Positions 9,766 to 19,837 are shown, counted from the first letter of the stretch. The stretch is DNA of 64,000 nucleotides from Bacteroidales bacterium (GCA_028716265.1 JAQUQD010000003.1:6191-70190); one strand, 5' to 3'. Translations and numbers: made by a program. The notes: generated by a model not told the origin, from the letters alone.

Positions 9766-11316
9766 ATGTCTTCATTACGAAGGAAAACATCAGACCTGAA
9801 AAAGCGGATGCGGTTTGCCCTGAAGGGAGGAGGCACGAAAGCCATAGAAAAGCAGAAGGCGACCGGTAAGATGACAGCCAGAGAAAGGATCATTGCCCTG
9901 CTTGATCCAAAATCCTTCCACGAATACGATCTTTTTGTTGAACACGCAGGCCGGGATTTCGATATGGACAAGAAATACCTGCCCGGCGACGGAGTCATTA
10001 CGGGAACAGGGACGCTGAGCGGCTATCCAGTCTGCATCTATGCGCAGGATTTCACAGTTGCTGGCGGCTCGCTGGGATGGATGCATGCCAAGAAGATCAC
10101 CAAGATCATGGATCAGGCCATGAAGCTGAAGGTACCCCTGGTTGGGATCAATGATTCAGGCGGAGCCCGTATCCAGGAAGGGGTCAACTCCCTGGCGGGA
10201 TACGGTGAGATCTTTTACCGCAATACCCTGGCATCGGGTGTGATCCCACAGATCTCGGTGATCCTCGGCCCATGTGCCGGCGGAGCTGTCTATTCACCGG
10301 CCCTGACAGATTTCGTATTTGTCGTGGATAAGATCTCCAAGATGTTCATCACGGGTCCGGAGGTCATCAAGGCAACCATCGGGGAGGAGATCTCCATGGA
10401 AGACCTGGGCGGAGCCAAAGTCCATGCGGAGATTACCGGGAATGCCCATTTTTATGCCGAGAGCGAACAGGACTGCTTCAACCAGATCAAGCAACTGGTG
10501 GGCTACATCCCCTGGAATAACGAGAAGAAAGCGGAGCCATTCCCCAAACACCCACCCAAGACGCGTAATTACAAGATCGAAGAGATCTTCCCCACAAATC
10601 CCCGGCAGCCCTACGACGTTCGCGACATCATCAAGGCGATTGTAGATGATTCCGAGTTTTTAGAGATCCAGGAACATTTCGCAAAAAACATTGTCATCGG
10701 CTTTTCGCGGCTTGGAGGAGAGACCGTGGGCATCGTGGCCAACCAGCCACTGGTTCTGGCAGGCGTTCTGGATGTTGACTCATCGGACAAAGCGGCACGT
10801 TTTATCCGGTTCTGCGACGCCTTTAACATCCCCCTGGTCACCCTGGTCGACCTGCCCGGCTACCTGCCCGGCGTGGATCAGGAGCATGCCGGTGTCATCC
10901 GCCATGGAGCCAAGGTGCTGTATGCCTATTCCGAAGCCACCGTACCCAAAATAACCGTCATTTTGCGCAAAGCCTATGGCGGAGGTTACATCGCCATGTG
11001 CTCCCATCACCTGCGCTCTGACTTCGTGCTGGCGTGGCCCACGGCAGAGATCGCGGTCATGGGACCGGAAGGAGCTGCCAACATCATTTTCAAGAATGAG
11101 ATCAAGAGCGCTGAAAATCCGGAAGAGATGCGAAGGCAGAAGATCAAGGAATACAAGGAAAAATTCGCCAATCCGTATGTGGCTGCAGCCTATGGATATA
11201 TTGATGCGGTTATTGACCCAAGCGATACACGTAAGCTTCTGCTCCACTCCCTTGAAGTTTCAGCCAACAAGTGGGTAGAGCGGCCAGCGAAAAAACATGG
11301 GATACCTCCTTTCTGA
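9766..11316 (+). CDS. acyl-CoA carboxylase carboxyltransferase subunit (propionyl-CoA carboxylase beta / methylmalonyl-CoA decarboxylase alpha family)
   Basis: 516 aa. GKMTARERIIALLDP, FTVAGGSLG, INDSGGARIQEG, ILGPCAGGAVYSPALTDF, VANQPLVLAGVLD, and RKAYGGGYIAM are all diagnostic of this family. Confidence 0.9.
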   Translation: MSSLRRKTSDLKKRMRFALKGGGTKAIEKQKATGKMTARERIIALLDPKSFHEYDLFVEHAGRDFDMDKKYLPGDGVITGTGTLSGYPVCIYAQDFTVAGGSLGWMHAKKITKIMDQAMKLKVPLVGINDSGGARIQEGVNSLAGYGEIFYRNTLASGVIPQISVILGPCAGGAVYSPALTDFVFVVDKISKMFITGPEVIKATIGEEISMEDLGGAKVHAEITGNAHFYAESEQDCFNQIKQLVGYIPWNNEKKAEPFPKHPPKTRNYKIEEIFPTNPRQPYDVRDIIKAIVDDSEFLEIQEHFAKNIVIGFSRLGGETVGIVANQPLVLAGVLDVDSSDKAARFIRFCDAFNIPLVTLVDLPGYLPGVDQEHAGVIRHGAKVLYAYSEATVPKITVILRKAYGGGYIAMCSHHLRSDFVLAWPTAEIAVMGPEGAANIIFKNEIKSAENPEEMRRQKIKEYKEKFANPYVAAAYGYIDAVIDPSDTRKLLLHSLEVSANKWVERPAKKHGIPPF

Positions 11317-11338
11317 TGGTTTAACCTAACGCAAGCCT

Positions 11339-11668
11339 ATGAACAAAATCAACCATTCCGAGACTAACTTCAAAACCTTAACGATCGACAACATCAGATA
11401 CCGCACACGCTTCACCGATAAATTCCTTGCCCGAAAGAAGTTCGTTCCCGCAGATCCAAAAAAAGTTCTCTCGTTCATTCCAGGTTCGATCCGCAAAGTC
11501 AATGTGCAGGTTGGGACCAAAGTGAAACCCAATGATGTGCTGATGATCCTTGAGGCGATGAAGATGAACAATTACATTCTATCACCGCTGGAAGGGACCA
11601 TAAAGAAAGTGAACGTCAAACCGGGCGACACCGTACCGAAAGATTTTATCTTAATGGAGTTCAGGTAG
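11339..11668 (+). CDS. biotin carboxyl carrier (biotinyl domain) protein
   Basis: 109 aa. Biotinylation motif ILEAMKMNN followed by GTIKKVNVKPGDTV. Confidence 0.8.
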   Translation: MNKINHSETNFKTLTIDNIRYRTRFTDKFLARKKFVPADPKKVLSFIPGSIRKVNVQVGTKVKPNDVLMILEAMKMNNYILSPLEGTIKKVNVKPGDTVPKDFILMEFR

Positions 11669-11698
11669 GAGTGTGCAGGGCACTCCTTTCATTTTTTA
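11667..11698. terminator. bidirectional hairpin terminator between convergent BCCP and engB
   Basis: aggagtg-tgcaggg-cactcct (7-bp stem) followed by ttcatttttt. It overlaps both stop codons. Confidence 0.55.
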
Positions 11699-12294
11699 CT
11701 GAAGATCCTGTTCGTATCGGCGATAAGGTCCAGTATTTCCGTTTTACCCTTTCGGGTGAGCGCTGAGGTCATGATGGATGGAGGAAATTCCTCCCAGGTT
11801 GACTTCAAGGCATCCATGAATTCATCGATGTTTTTTTCCCCTTTTAAAAGGGAAATCTTGTCTGTTTTGGTAAACAGGATGGTAAACGGTAGTTGATGTT
11901 CGCCGAGCCAGTTGACCAGTTCAATGTCGATGGGCTGAGGCGGGAGGCGGTTGTCAACCAGGACGAATGTATTCATCAAAGAAGTACGTTCAAGAAGGTA
12001 AGTGGCAATCATTTTCTCCCATTGGATCCTTTCTTTCAGTGAAGACCGGGCATAGCCAAAACCGGGCAGGTCGACCAGGTACCATTCATCGTTGATAAGG
12101 TAATGCTGTATGGCCTGTGTTTTACCAGGTTTCGAAGAGATCCTGGCCAGATTCTTACGGCCGGTGATCATGTTGATCAGGGATGATTTACCCACATTGG
12201 ATCGGCCGATGAAGGCATATTCCGGCAGAGTGGTGTCGGGACATGAGTACACATGGGTGCTGCTGGAGACATAGATGGCGCTTTGGATGATCAT
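11689..12294 (-). CDS. engB: ribosome biogenesis GTP-binding protein YihA/EngB
   Basis: 201 aa. FIGRSNVGKSSLINMI (G1), DLPGFGYA (G3), and TKTDK (G4). Confidence 0.9.
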   Translation of the reverse strand: MIIQSAIYVSSSTHVYSCPDTTLPEYAFIGRSNVGKSSLINMITGRKNLARISSKPGKTQAIQHYLINDEWYLVDLPGFGYARSSLKERIQWEKMIATYLLERTSLMNTFVLVDNRLPPQPIDIELVNWLGEHQLPFTILFTKTDKISLLKGEKNIDEFMDALKSTWEEFPPSIMTSALTRKGKTEILDLIADTNRIFSKK

Positions 12295-13244
12295 TCCCGG
12301 ATTTCTGGTTTATCCTTACGTTTATAGGAAGAAACGTGCCGGTCCTTCTTGATATCGTAGATATCCTCCATGGTAATGAGGATGCCGGATTCCTCCACTC
12401 CTCCGAAATGATGATTGATGCACGTTCCGAACATGCGCATGGTCGCCGACAGGTTCATATAGGCATTCACCAGCGGAGGGATGGTCTCGTTCAGTATCCG
12501 CACATTTTTTATCAGGACACGGTAATCCCCGTCATAGTTCATACCTGTGAAGATCGCCTCCAGTTCGGCGGAGTCAGTGACCAGTGCCAGTGGCTCATAA
12601 GGTCTCGCCAGTTCATCAGGATCGGGGAAATGCTTATGCAGGAAAAAAAGGATCATATCCCTCGCCCGGATGTTGAACCGCGGGTACATGGTGATCTTTC
12701 CGAAAAAATACCTGATCTCCGGATAGTCGATGGTCAGTGCTCCCAGTCCGTCCCAGAGGTTATCGAGCGAATAGATACCTTTTCGCACATTGTACGCCGG
12801 TTGGTAATCAGGTTGTACAAACGATCTTCCCAGCTCAATGGTATAGGGCAGGTAGTCCCTGATAAAGACATCCGAAAGCTGAAAAAGCTGGGCTGTAGGG
12901 GTAAAAAAAGTGCCATCGGGCGTTCGTCTCATCTTTTCACCTTCCAAAAAACGGTATCCTCCGATAATGGCTTTATCCACAGGACTCCATACGATCAGCT
13001 GCTTGAAAGGGATCAGCGGATCGGTATCGAACTCGTCTATGTCCACCTCTTTCCCGGTACCTCCACCGGCGTCCCGGAAGCTGACTTCCCTGAGCCGGCC
13101 CAGTTCGAGCATTGTGTTGGGCGAGTCATGATGGGTGATGATGTAGATCTTCTTGTGGCCATTATTCGTATCACGGACAAATTTATCCTCCGTAAGTTCT
13201 GCCATAATCAGGGCAGGATCAACAGGATCAAGTATTTTTTTCAT
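12291..13244 (-). CDS. GNAT-type N-acyltransferase (OlsB/GlsB-like N-acyl amino acid synthase)
   Basis: 317 aa. The start overlaps engB by 4 nt. Sequence LRLREVSFRDAGGGTGKEVDIDEFD...GGYRF and the position directly downstream of a PlsC-like acyltransferase match the Bacteroidota glycine-lipid gene pair, as I recall it. Confidence 0.6.
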   Translation of the reverse strand: MKKILDPVDPALIMAELTEDKFVRDTNNGHKKIYIITHHDSPNTMLELGRLREVSFRDAGGGTGKEVDIDEFDTDPLIPFKQLIVWSPVDKAIIGGYRFLEGEKMRRTPDGTFFTPTAQLFQLSDVFIRDYLPYTIELGRSFVQPDYQPAYNVRKGIYSLDNLWDGLGALTIDYPEIRYFFGKITMYPRFNIRARDMILFFLHKHFPDPDELARPYEPLALVTDSAELEAIFTGMNYDGDYRVLIKNVRILNETIPPLVNAYMNLSATMRMFGTCINHHFGGVEESGILITMEDIYDIKKDRHVSSYKRKDKPEIRE

Positions 13245-13280
13245 GTTCTTCCTCTCTGTCTAAAGTTCATCCTACTGTTA

Positions 13281-14201
13281 TCAATGGTCCGGTGTGGTCT
13301 GTACTGCAGGATCCGCATCGAATTCGGCCGGTCCGGGGACTCCGATTCCCAGGGCATAGACATGTTCCTTCAGCAATGCTGCCCACTCCCTGTCGGAATG
13401 CCGCCTGTCGAAGACTTCCCAGGAAATGGGTTTACCAAAACGGAACCTCAGTGTCTTGTCGCGCTGTTTTGCCATTTCATCCACCAGGTAGAACATTTCC
13501 AGATTGGCTTTTATCCCCAGACGCTTACGGAAGTTGGAGAGATTATAGAAGAAGTTGGAATTTCTGCCTTCAATGTGAACCGGCACGACAAACCGGTGGT
13601 ATTTGCGCGATTTGGTCACAAAGGTCTTTTTCCATTCCAGGTCGATGATCCTGCCGGATTGCTTGCGTGAACATAAACCGGCAGGGAAGTACAGCAGGGT
13701 GGCATCCGAAGCGAACGTGTCCTCAAAAAGCTGCAAATTACCGGTGTTCTTCCCATGCTTATTGACAGGAATGAAAAGCTCCTTCATATTGGGGATGTTC
13801 AGCAACAGATCATTTACAGGGAATACGACATCCCTCCTTATTCTTCCCACGATACCCATCAGTGCGATCCCGTCGAGGCCGCCCAGCGGATGATTCCCGA
13901 CCACGATGAACCGTTCGGTGGCCCGGAGGTTCTCCAGTCCCTCGCACACCAGCTCCGTCCGGAATTCCTTCAGGATCGCTTCCACGAAATCGAGCCCGTA
14001 CAGATGCCGATTGCGGGAAATGACGTCGTTGAGTTCGTCCACGTGTACGATCTTTTTGATGTACCGAAGAACAAAGCCCGGAAGGATCCTGAGCAGCATC
14101 GGATTTTTGCCGGCAATGATCTTCTCCAGGTCCAGAAATTTCTCTTCGCCCTTCTGCGTGGGCTTTTCCTGAAGTTTCCCCATGTCATCCACAGATTCCA
14201 T
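13281..14201 (-). CDS. lysophospholipid (PlsC-family) O-acyltransferase (OlsA/GlsA-like)
   Basis: HX4D motif in VVGNHPLGGLDG, and FPAGLCSR block. Start set to ATG 14201 (MESVDDMGK...) because a -7 box lies at 14219-14226, inside the longer ORF-track version that ends at 14276. Confidence 0.7.
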   Translation of the reverse strand: MESVDDMGKLQEKPTQKGEEKFLDLEKIIAGKNPMLLRILPGFVLRYIKKIVHVDELNDVISRNRHLYGLDFVEAILKEFRTELVCEGLENLRATERFIVVGNHPLGGLDGIALMGIVGRIRRDVVFPVNDLLLNIPNMKELFIPVNKHGKNTGNLQLFEDTFASDATLLYFPAGLCSRKQSGRIIDLEWKKTFVTKSRKYHRFVVPVHIEGRNSNFFYNLSNFRKRLGIKANLEMFYLVDEMAKQRDKTLRFRFGKPISWEVFDRRHSDREWAALLKEHVYALGIGVPGPAEFDADPAVQTTPDH

Positions 14202-14218
14202 CGTTGACAGTGATAGTA

Positions 14219-14226
14219 CAAATATA
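14219..14226 (-). promoter_or_regulatory. candidate -7 box (TATATTTG on minus strand) for the acyltransferase operon
   Basis: Plus strand reads caaatata, 18 nt upstream of ATG 14201. Confidence 0.4.
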
Positions 14227-14385
14227 ATAAGAATCCGCTTGCCTTCTAAGAGAAAACCGGCAAAAAAGAACGTCATGACCTATAAAAAGGCGAGCTATCA
14301 ACAACGGCATAATGACAGTAACTTATTGAACGTAAAACTATTATAAGGAAAATGAAAAGATATTAACAAAAAGTTGAAACTTTTT

Positions 14386-14420
14386 GTGTGAAAAAGTGTA
14401 AAAAAGTGTAGAATCGTGTA
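14386..14420 (+). promoter_or_regulatory. MraZ operator: four direct GTGTR repeats at exact 10-bp spacing
   Basis: tttttGTGTGaaaaaGTGTAaaaaaGTGTAgaatcGTGTAgtttg, with repeat starts at 14386, 14396, 14406 and 14416. It lies 41 nt upstream of the mraZ ATG. Three units read AAAAGTGTA. Confidence 0.7.
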
Positions 14421-14460
14421 GTTTGTTGTCTATATTTACATCCAAAATCAGCCCATCACG

Positions 14461-14925
14461 ATGCCTTATCTTCTCGGTGAATATGAATGTCTTCTGGATT
14501 CCAAAGGCCGCATTTTGATGCCCGTTGCATTAAAGAGGCAGATACCGCCCGAGGCTCAGGACAAATTCATCATTTGCAGGGGCTTCGAGCGCTGCCTTAC
14601 GGTTTACCCGCTAAATGTATGGAATAAACTGACAGAAAACCTCAGCAGCCTGAATTTTTTTGAACCGGATGACCGGAATTTCGTCAGGTCATTCCAGCGG
14701 GGCGCCATCGAGATCCAGCTTGACAGTGCCAGCAGGCTTCTGTTGCCCCGGCAGCTGCTGAGCTATGCAGGCATTGAGAAGGACATCGTACTGTTTGCCT
14801 ACGCCGACCGGTTTGAGATCTGGGACAGGGAGACCTACAACAACCTCTTCCTGGACGAGGCGCCTGAAGCATTCGCTGAAAGGGCAAAAAAAGTAATGGG
14901 AAACAAAGACAAGCAGCAACAATGA
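14461..14925 (+). CDS. mraZ: division/cell wall cluster transcriptional regulator MraZ
   Basis: 154 aa. MPYLLGEYECLLDSKGRILMPVALKRQ and a second SpoVT/AbrB-like half (QLDSASRLLLPRQL). First gene of the dcw cluster. Confidence 0.9.
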   Translation: MPYLLGEYECLLDSKGRILMPVALKRQIPPEAQDKFIICRGFERCLTVYPLNVWNKLTENLSSLNFFEPDDRNFVRSFQRGAIEIQLDSASRLLLPRQLLSYAGIEKDIVLFAYADRFEIWDRETYNNLFLDEAPEAFAERAKKVMGNKDKQQQ

Positions 14926-14926
14926 C

Positions 14927-15823
14927 ATGGTTTATCATGAACCGGTGCTATTGAGCGAAAGCATTGAAGGACTGGCCCTTCATCCCGACGGTATCTATGT
15001 GGATGCCACCTATGGGGGCGGTGGCCATGCCCGGAAGATCATCGAAAAGCTGCGCAACGGAAAACTGATTGCTTTTGACCAGGATGTAGATGCCATGAAG
15101 AACCAGATCGACGATCCCCGGTTGCTGTTGCTCAACCACAACTTCCGTTACATGAAGCGTTTTCTCAGGTACTACCAGCTGCTTCCTGTGGATGGGATAC
15201 TGGCTGACCTGGGCGTTTCATCGCACCAGCTCGATCAGCCGGAAAGAGGGTTCTCGACCCGGTTCGACGGTCCCCTTGACCTTCGAATGGACCAAAAAAA
15301 AGAACTCACAGCGCAGCATATCCTGAATGAATATCCGGAGGAACGCCTCAGGAGGATCTTTTCAATGTACGGGGAAGTGCCCAACGCTACACGACTGGCC
15401 GGCCTGATCGTCCAGAGCCGTGCCACCCACACGGTGACTCACAGCAAACAGTTTCAGCAGATCATCGCCGAATGCATTCCCAAAGGCAACCAGAACAGGT
15501 ACCTGGCCCAGGTTTACCAGGCGCTCCGGATCGAGGTAAACCAGGAACTGGAGTCCCTCGGGGAATTCCTTATGCAATCCCTCGCCGTCCTGAAGACCGA
15601 TGGCCGCCTGGCAGTCATCACCTACCATTCACTGGAGGATAGGATGGTGAAGAATTTCATAAGGACCGGTAACGCAGAAGGAGAGCTGCAAAAGGACTTT
15701 TTCGGAAAAACGTCGGCCCCATTCCGGATGATCAACAAAAAGCCGATCACCCCCGGGGAGGACGAACTCAGGGATAATCCACGGTCACGAAGCGCTAAAC
15801 TCAGAATTGCGGAAAAGATTTGA
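14927..15823 (+). CDS. rsmH: 16S rRNA (cytosine1402-N4)-methyltransferase
   Basis: 298 aa. YHEPVLLSESIEGL, DATYGGGGHA, ADLGVSSHQLD, and SYHSLEDRMVK. Confidence 0.93.
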   Translation: MVYHEPVLLSESIEGLALHPDGIYVDATYGGGGHARKIIEKLRNGKLIAFDQDVDAMKNQIDDPRLLLLNHNFRYMKRFLRYYQLLPVDGILADLGVSSHQLDQPERGFSTRFDGPLDLRMDQKKELTAQHILNEYPEERLRRIFSMYGEVPNATRLAGLIVQSRATHTVTHSKQFQQIIAECIPKGNQNRYLAQVYQALRIEVNQELESLGEFLMQSLAVLKTDGRLAVITYHSLEDRMVKNFIRTGNAEGELQKDFFGKTSAPFRMINKKPITPGEDELRDNPRSRSAKLRIAEKI

Positions 15824-15824
15824 T

Positions 15825-16247
15825 ATGAACACCAATCACCCATCGGGACAGGTATCCTCGCAGAACCTGAACAGCCCCGTAAAAGAAGCAAGAAAAAGGA
15901 ACAGATTCAGTCAGGCTGCCCATACCATCCTGGATGGATCTTTTCTCACCCGGGAGAAAGTGATTCGTCTCATACCGTTCATCCTTTACCTTATGCTACT
16001 GGCTATTATCCATATAGCCAACTCTTACAGGGCTGAAAAGACATGGTTCGAGATCAACGGCTTAAAAGGCCAGATGGATGAACTGAGGTATCACTATATC
16101 ACCAGCAAATCGGAATTGATGTCCATCGGCAGGCAGTCAGAGGTGGCCCGTCGGCTGAAGGACACTGGATTAAAGGAGGCGACTCTGCCTCCGATAAAAC
16201 TGACCATGAAGGATATTACACTCCAAAACTCACCGCGCCATGAGTGA
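15825..16247 (+). CDS. FtsL-like cell division protein
   Basis: Small protein with a single TM helix (LIPFILYLMLLAIIHIA) then a coiled-coil segment. It sits between rsmH and ftsI. ATG 15825 follows the rsmH stop (15821-15823). Confidence 0.6.
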   Translation: MNTNHPSGQVSSQNLNSPVKEARKRNRFSQAAHTILDGSFLTREKVIRLIPFILYLMLLAIIHIANSYRAEKTWFEINGLKGQMDELRYHYITSKSELMSIGRQSEVARRLKDTGLKEATLPPIKLTMKDITLQNSPRHE

Positions 16248-18381
16248 TATGAAGAAAGATATCCTCTGGAGGGTCATCCTGGTTTATGCCTTCATTTTCC
16301 TGGTGGCCATGGCCATCGTCGCCAAAGTGATCATCATCCAGTTCCCACAGGGAAAGCAATGGAAAGAGAAGGCCACGGAGGAAAAGATCCATTTTGAGAC
16401 CGTTGAGGCCCAGCGGGGAAATATTTACGATTGCCAGGGGAATGTGCTGGCATCCTCCATCCCGATCTTCGATCTACGTATGGATGCTGCTTCCATCGAG
16501 ATCAGCGACGACTACTTCTACGCCCATATCGATTCGCTGGCCTGGTACCTATCGGACCTTTTCGGGGACCGGACGAAACTGGAGTACCTGAAGGAGCTGA
16601 AGCAGGCCCGGGAGTCGGGGAACCGGTATTTCCTGGTGAAAAGGAAGATCACCTATGAAGAGCTCAACAAGGTAAGACACTTTCCCATCTTCAAGCTGGG
16701 CAGGTATGCGGGCGGACTCATCGTCGAAGAGTTCTCCCGCCGGGAGATGCCCTTCGATATGCTGGCTTCCCGGACCATTGGTTACCATTCGGAGGAAGCC
16801 AAAGCATATGTGGGATTGGAAGGCGCCTACAACAATCAATTACAGGGTGTTAGCGGGCAGCGTCTGGTGAAGAAGATCGCCTCCGGCGTGTGGGTACCTG
16901 TCAGCGAGGAGTACGACCTGGAACCCCAGCACGGTGACGACCTGGTCACTACCATAGATGTGGTCCTGCAGGATGTGGCCGAGCACGCTCTTTTGAAGCA
17001 ACTTTCCGAACAGGAAGCCGAACACGGCTGTGCCGTCCTGATGGAGGTAAAGACAGGCCACGTAAAAGCGATCGCAAACCTTGGAAGGAACAAGGAGGGC
17101 ATCTATGAGGAGGACTACAACTATGCAATCGGCGAGGGGGCCGAGCCCGGATCCGTTTTCAAGCTGGCCAGCATGATGGTCGTACTGGACGATCAGAAAA
17201 TCAAGACGACCGACAGGATCTCCACCGGAAACGGCACCGCCCAGTTCGCCAACCGTACCATGCGGGACGTACACGCTATCGGCGATGGCTACATAACGGT
17301 CAAGGAGGCTTTTGAGCATTCATCCAATGTGGGAATATCCAAGATTATCTGGAACGCATATCAAACCAACCCCAGGGAGTTTACCGACGGACTGTATGCC
17401 ATCGGCCTGAATAGGACGCTGGGACTGGAGATAGCTGGAGAAGCGACTCCAGTCATTAAAAATCCGCAGTCATCTACCTGGTCAAAGGTCACTTTACCGT
17501 GGATGTCGGTCGGATATGAAGTGAAGCTGACAACATTGCAGATACTGACCCTGTACAATGCCGTCGCCAATAACGGAAAGATGGTCAGGCCATCCTTTGT
17601 CAAGGAGATCCGGCGATCGGGGCAGACCATTCAGTCGTTCGAGCCGGTCGTACTGAATCCCTCCATATGTTCGCCGGCCACCATTCGCGAGCTCAGGACC
17701 CTCCTGGAAGGAGTCGTCGAGAACGGGACAGGAAAGAGCCTCAGCGACGCAAAGTACAGGATCGCCGGCAAAACCGGCACGGCCCAGATTGCTGACAATA
17801 ACTCCGGATACAATAAAAAGAACTACAAGGCCACCTTTGTCGGTTATTTCCCTGCCGAAGATCCGGTATATTCCTGTATTGTCGTGGTAACCAATCCCTC
17901 AAAAGGGACCTATTACGGCAGCCAGATCGCGGCTCCCGTGTTCCGTGAGATCGCCGACAAGGTGTATGCGACCCGGCTGGATATTCAGACTAGGGATGAG
18001 ATGCCAAAAGATACGGTCATGCTTCCCGATACGGCCAGGGGTTATCAGCCAGACCTGAACTTTATTTATCAGGCGCTTGGCCAAAAGGCCACCCCTTCGC
18101 GGTTTGATACCATATGGGCCGTTTCGGTCCGTGAAAGAAACCATATTCGCTACCGCGGGATAGCGGTAAATGACACGGTGGTTCCTGACATGAGGGGAAT
18201 GGGAGCCAGAGATGCCATTTACCTGACCGAATGCCTTGGAATGAAACCCCGGATCGCGGGCAAAGGAAGGGTCTTCAGTCAGACGCCCGCACCAGGATCG
18301 CCCCTGCATAAAGGCGAATGGATCATCCTTACGTTGTCACCATCATTTAACCTGCCTATAACGAATGACACCATTGGATGA
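16240..18381 (+). CDS. ftsI: penicillin-binding protein (class B transpeptidase, FtsI/PBP3-like)
   Basis: 713 aa. N-terminal TM helix, SVFK (SxxK), SSN, and KTGTA motifs. dcw position. Confidence 0.9.
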   Translation: MSDMKKDILWRVILVYAFIFLVAMAIVAKVIIIQFPQGKQWKEKATEEKIHFETVEAQRGNIYDCQGNVLASSIPIFDLRMDAASIEISDDYFYAHIDSLAWYLSDLFGDRTKLEYLKELKQARESGNRYFLVKRKITYEELNKVRHFPIFKLGRYAGGLIVEEFSRREMPFDMLASRTIGYHSEEAKAYVGLEGAYNNQLQGVSGQRLVKKIASGVWVPVSEEYDLEPQHGDDLVTTIDVVLQDVAEHALLKQLSEQEAEHGCAVLMEVKTGHVKAIANLGRNKEGIYEEDYNYAIGEGAEPGSVFKLASMMVVLDDQKIKTTDRISTGNGTAQFANRTMRDVHAIGDGYITVKEAFEHSSNVGISKIIWNAYQTNPREFTDGLYAIGLNRTLGLEIAGEATPVIKNPQSSTWSKVTLPWMSVGYEVKLTTLQILTLYNAVANNGKMVRPSFVKEIRRSGQTIQSFEPVVLNPSICSPATIRELRTLLEGVVENGTGKSLSDAKYRIAGKTGTAQIADNNSGYNKKNYKATFVGYFPAEDPVYSCIVVVTNPSKGTYYGSQIAAPVFREIADKVYATRLDIQTRDEMPKDTVMLPDTARGYQPDLNFIYQALGQKATPSRFDTIWAVSVRERNHIRYRGIAVNDTVVPDMRGMGARDAIYLTECLGMKPRIAGKGRVFSQTPAPGSPLHKGEWIILTLSPSFNLPITNDTIG

Positions 18382-19837
18382 CGTACTCACCGGATTAACC
18401 GTCCTGCGAACGGCAGGTAACCTCCCACAGGGGATTGCGGCCATCCATTTTGACTCCCGCACGGTCAGTGACGGAAGCATGTTTGTCGCCATCAGGGGAA
18501 ATGTTGCCGACGGCCATGCCTTTATCGAGCCTGCCATCCGGAACGGAGCAAAAGTCATCCTCTGTGAGGAGATCCCAGGAACGCTTCATCCCCAGGTGGG
18601 TTACCTGGCGGTGAAGGACACCTCCCAAGCACTGGGCATCGTCGCTTCCAATTATTACGGCAATCCCTCAAAGAAACTCCAGCTGGTGGGAATAACGGGC
18701 ACGAACGGAAAGACCACGACGGCTACGCTGCTGCACCGCCTGTTCAGGTCGCTGGGTAAAAATGCGGGCCTTCTCTCCAGCATTCATAACCGGATCAACG
18801 AAACCATCATCCCTGCTACGCACACCACCCCGGACGCGCTACGGCTGAACCAGCTGCTGATCGAAATGCTTCGGGAAGGGTGCACACATTGCTTCATGGA
18901 AGTGAGTTCGCACGGCATAGTCCAGGGCCGCATTGCAGGTCTGACCTTCACCGGCGGGATCTTCACCAACCTGACCCATGACCATCTTGATTACCATAAA
19001 ACCTTCATGGAGTATCTTCAGGCTAAAAAACAATTCTTCGATCAGCTTCCTGCCCAGGCTTTTGCCCTCATCAACCTGGATGACAGCAATGGACCTGTCA
19101 TGATCCAGAACTCGCGGGCACGCAGATACACGTATGCTCTAAAGCACCTGGCCGATTTCCGCGCCAGGATCATCGAAAACAGGATGGAAGGCCTGCAGCT
19201 GGAAATGACCTGTCAACGTGTATGGTTCCGGCTGGCAGGGACATTCAATGCCTATAACCTCCTGGCAGCTTATTCGGCGGCTGTGCTTCTGGGGGAAGAT
19301 CCAGCCGAAGTGCTGACAGCGCTGAGCACTGCAGAGCCGGTGACCGGACGTTTCGATACGCTCATGAGTACCGATCACGTTACGGCCGTGATCGATTACG
19401 CCCACTCACCCGATGCACTGACGAATGTGCTTGAAAGCCTGCAGTACATGCGTACCGGCAATCAGAAGCTGATCGCGGTCGTAGGCGCCGGAGGAGACCG
19501 CGATGTTTCCAAGCGGCCTGTCATGGGACGGATTGCTGCAGCCGCAAGTGACCACGTGATCTTTACCTCCGACAATCCCCGTTCGGAAGATCCCGGAGAG
19601 ATCATCCGTCAAATGGTCGAAGGTGTTGAAGCCAGCCATAAAATAAAAGTCATCGTGATCCCTGACCGCAGGGAAGCCCTGCGAACTGCGTCCATGCTGG
19701 CCATGTCCGGCGATGTGATCCTAGTCGCAGGCAAAGGGCATGAGACGTACCAGGAAATCAAGGGAGTCAGGTACCCCTTCGACGACCGGCAGATCATGGA
19801 AGAGATCTTTTCAAGCCGAACCCTCAATCCCATATGA
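18365..19837 (+). CDS. murE: UDP-N-acetylmuramoyl-L-alanyl-D-glutamate--2,6-diaminopimelate ligase
   Basis: 490 aa. [11 protein letters not shown], and the DNPR motif ([10 protein letters not shown]) typical of DAP-adding MurE. Confidence 0.93.
   Translation: MTPLDDVLTGLTVLRTAGNLPQGIAAIHFDSRTVSDGSMFVAIRGNVADGHAFIEPAIRNGAKVILCEEIPGTLHPQVGYLAVKDTSQALGIVASNYYGNPSKKLQLVGITGTNGKTTTATLLHRLFRSLGKNAGLLSSIHNRINETIIPATHTTPDALRLNQLLIEMLREGCTHCFMEVSSHGIVQGRIAGLTFTGGIFTNLTHDHLDYHKTFMEYLQAKKQFFDQLPAQAFALINLDDSNGPVMIQNSRARRYTYALKHLADFRARIIENRMEGLQLEMTCQRVWFRLAGTFNAYNLLAAYSAAVLLGEDPAEVLTALSTAEPVTGRFDTLMSTDHVTAVIDYAHSPDALTNVLESLQYMRTGNQKLIAVVGAGGDRDVSKRPVMGRIAAAASDHVIFTSDNPRSEDPGEIIRQMVEGVEASHKIKVIVIPDRREALRTASMLAMSGDVILVAGKGHETYQEIKGVRYPFDDRQIMEEIFSSRTLNPI

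Noticed and set aside
12336-13670. 444-aa plus-strand ORF spanning two minus-strand acyltransferase genes. Similar long antisense ORFs: 1929-2735(-), 3676-4740(+), 7558-8313(-), 26993-27901(-), 30954-31787(+), 33685-34416(-), 59678-60472(-), 54715-55299(-), 21117-21683(-), 21969-22562(-).
   Set aside because: Each lies antisense to a gene with clear family motifs. None has a recognisable motif, signal peptide or plausible promoter, and several cross gene boundaries. These are shadow ORFs produced by codon bias on the opposite strand.
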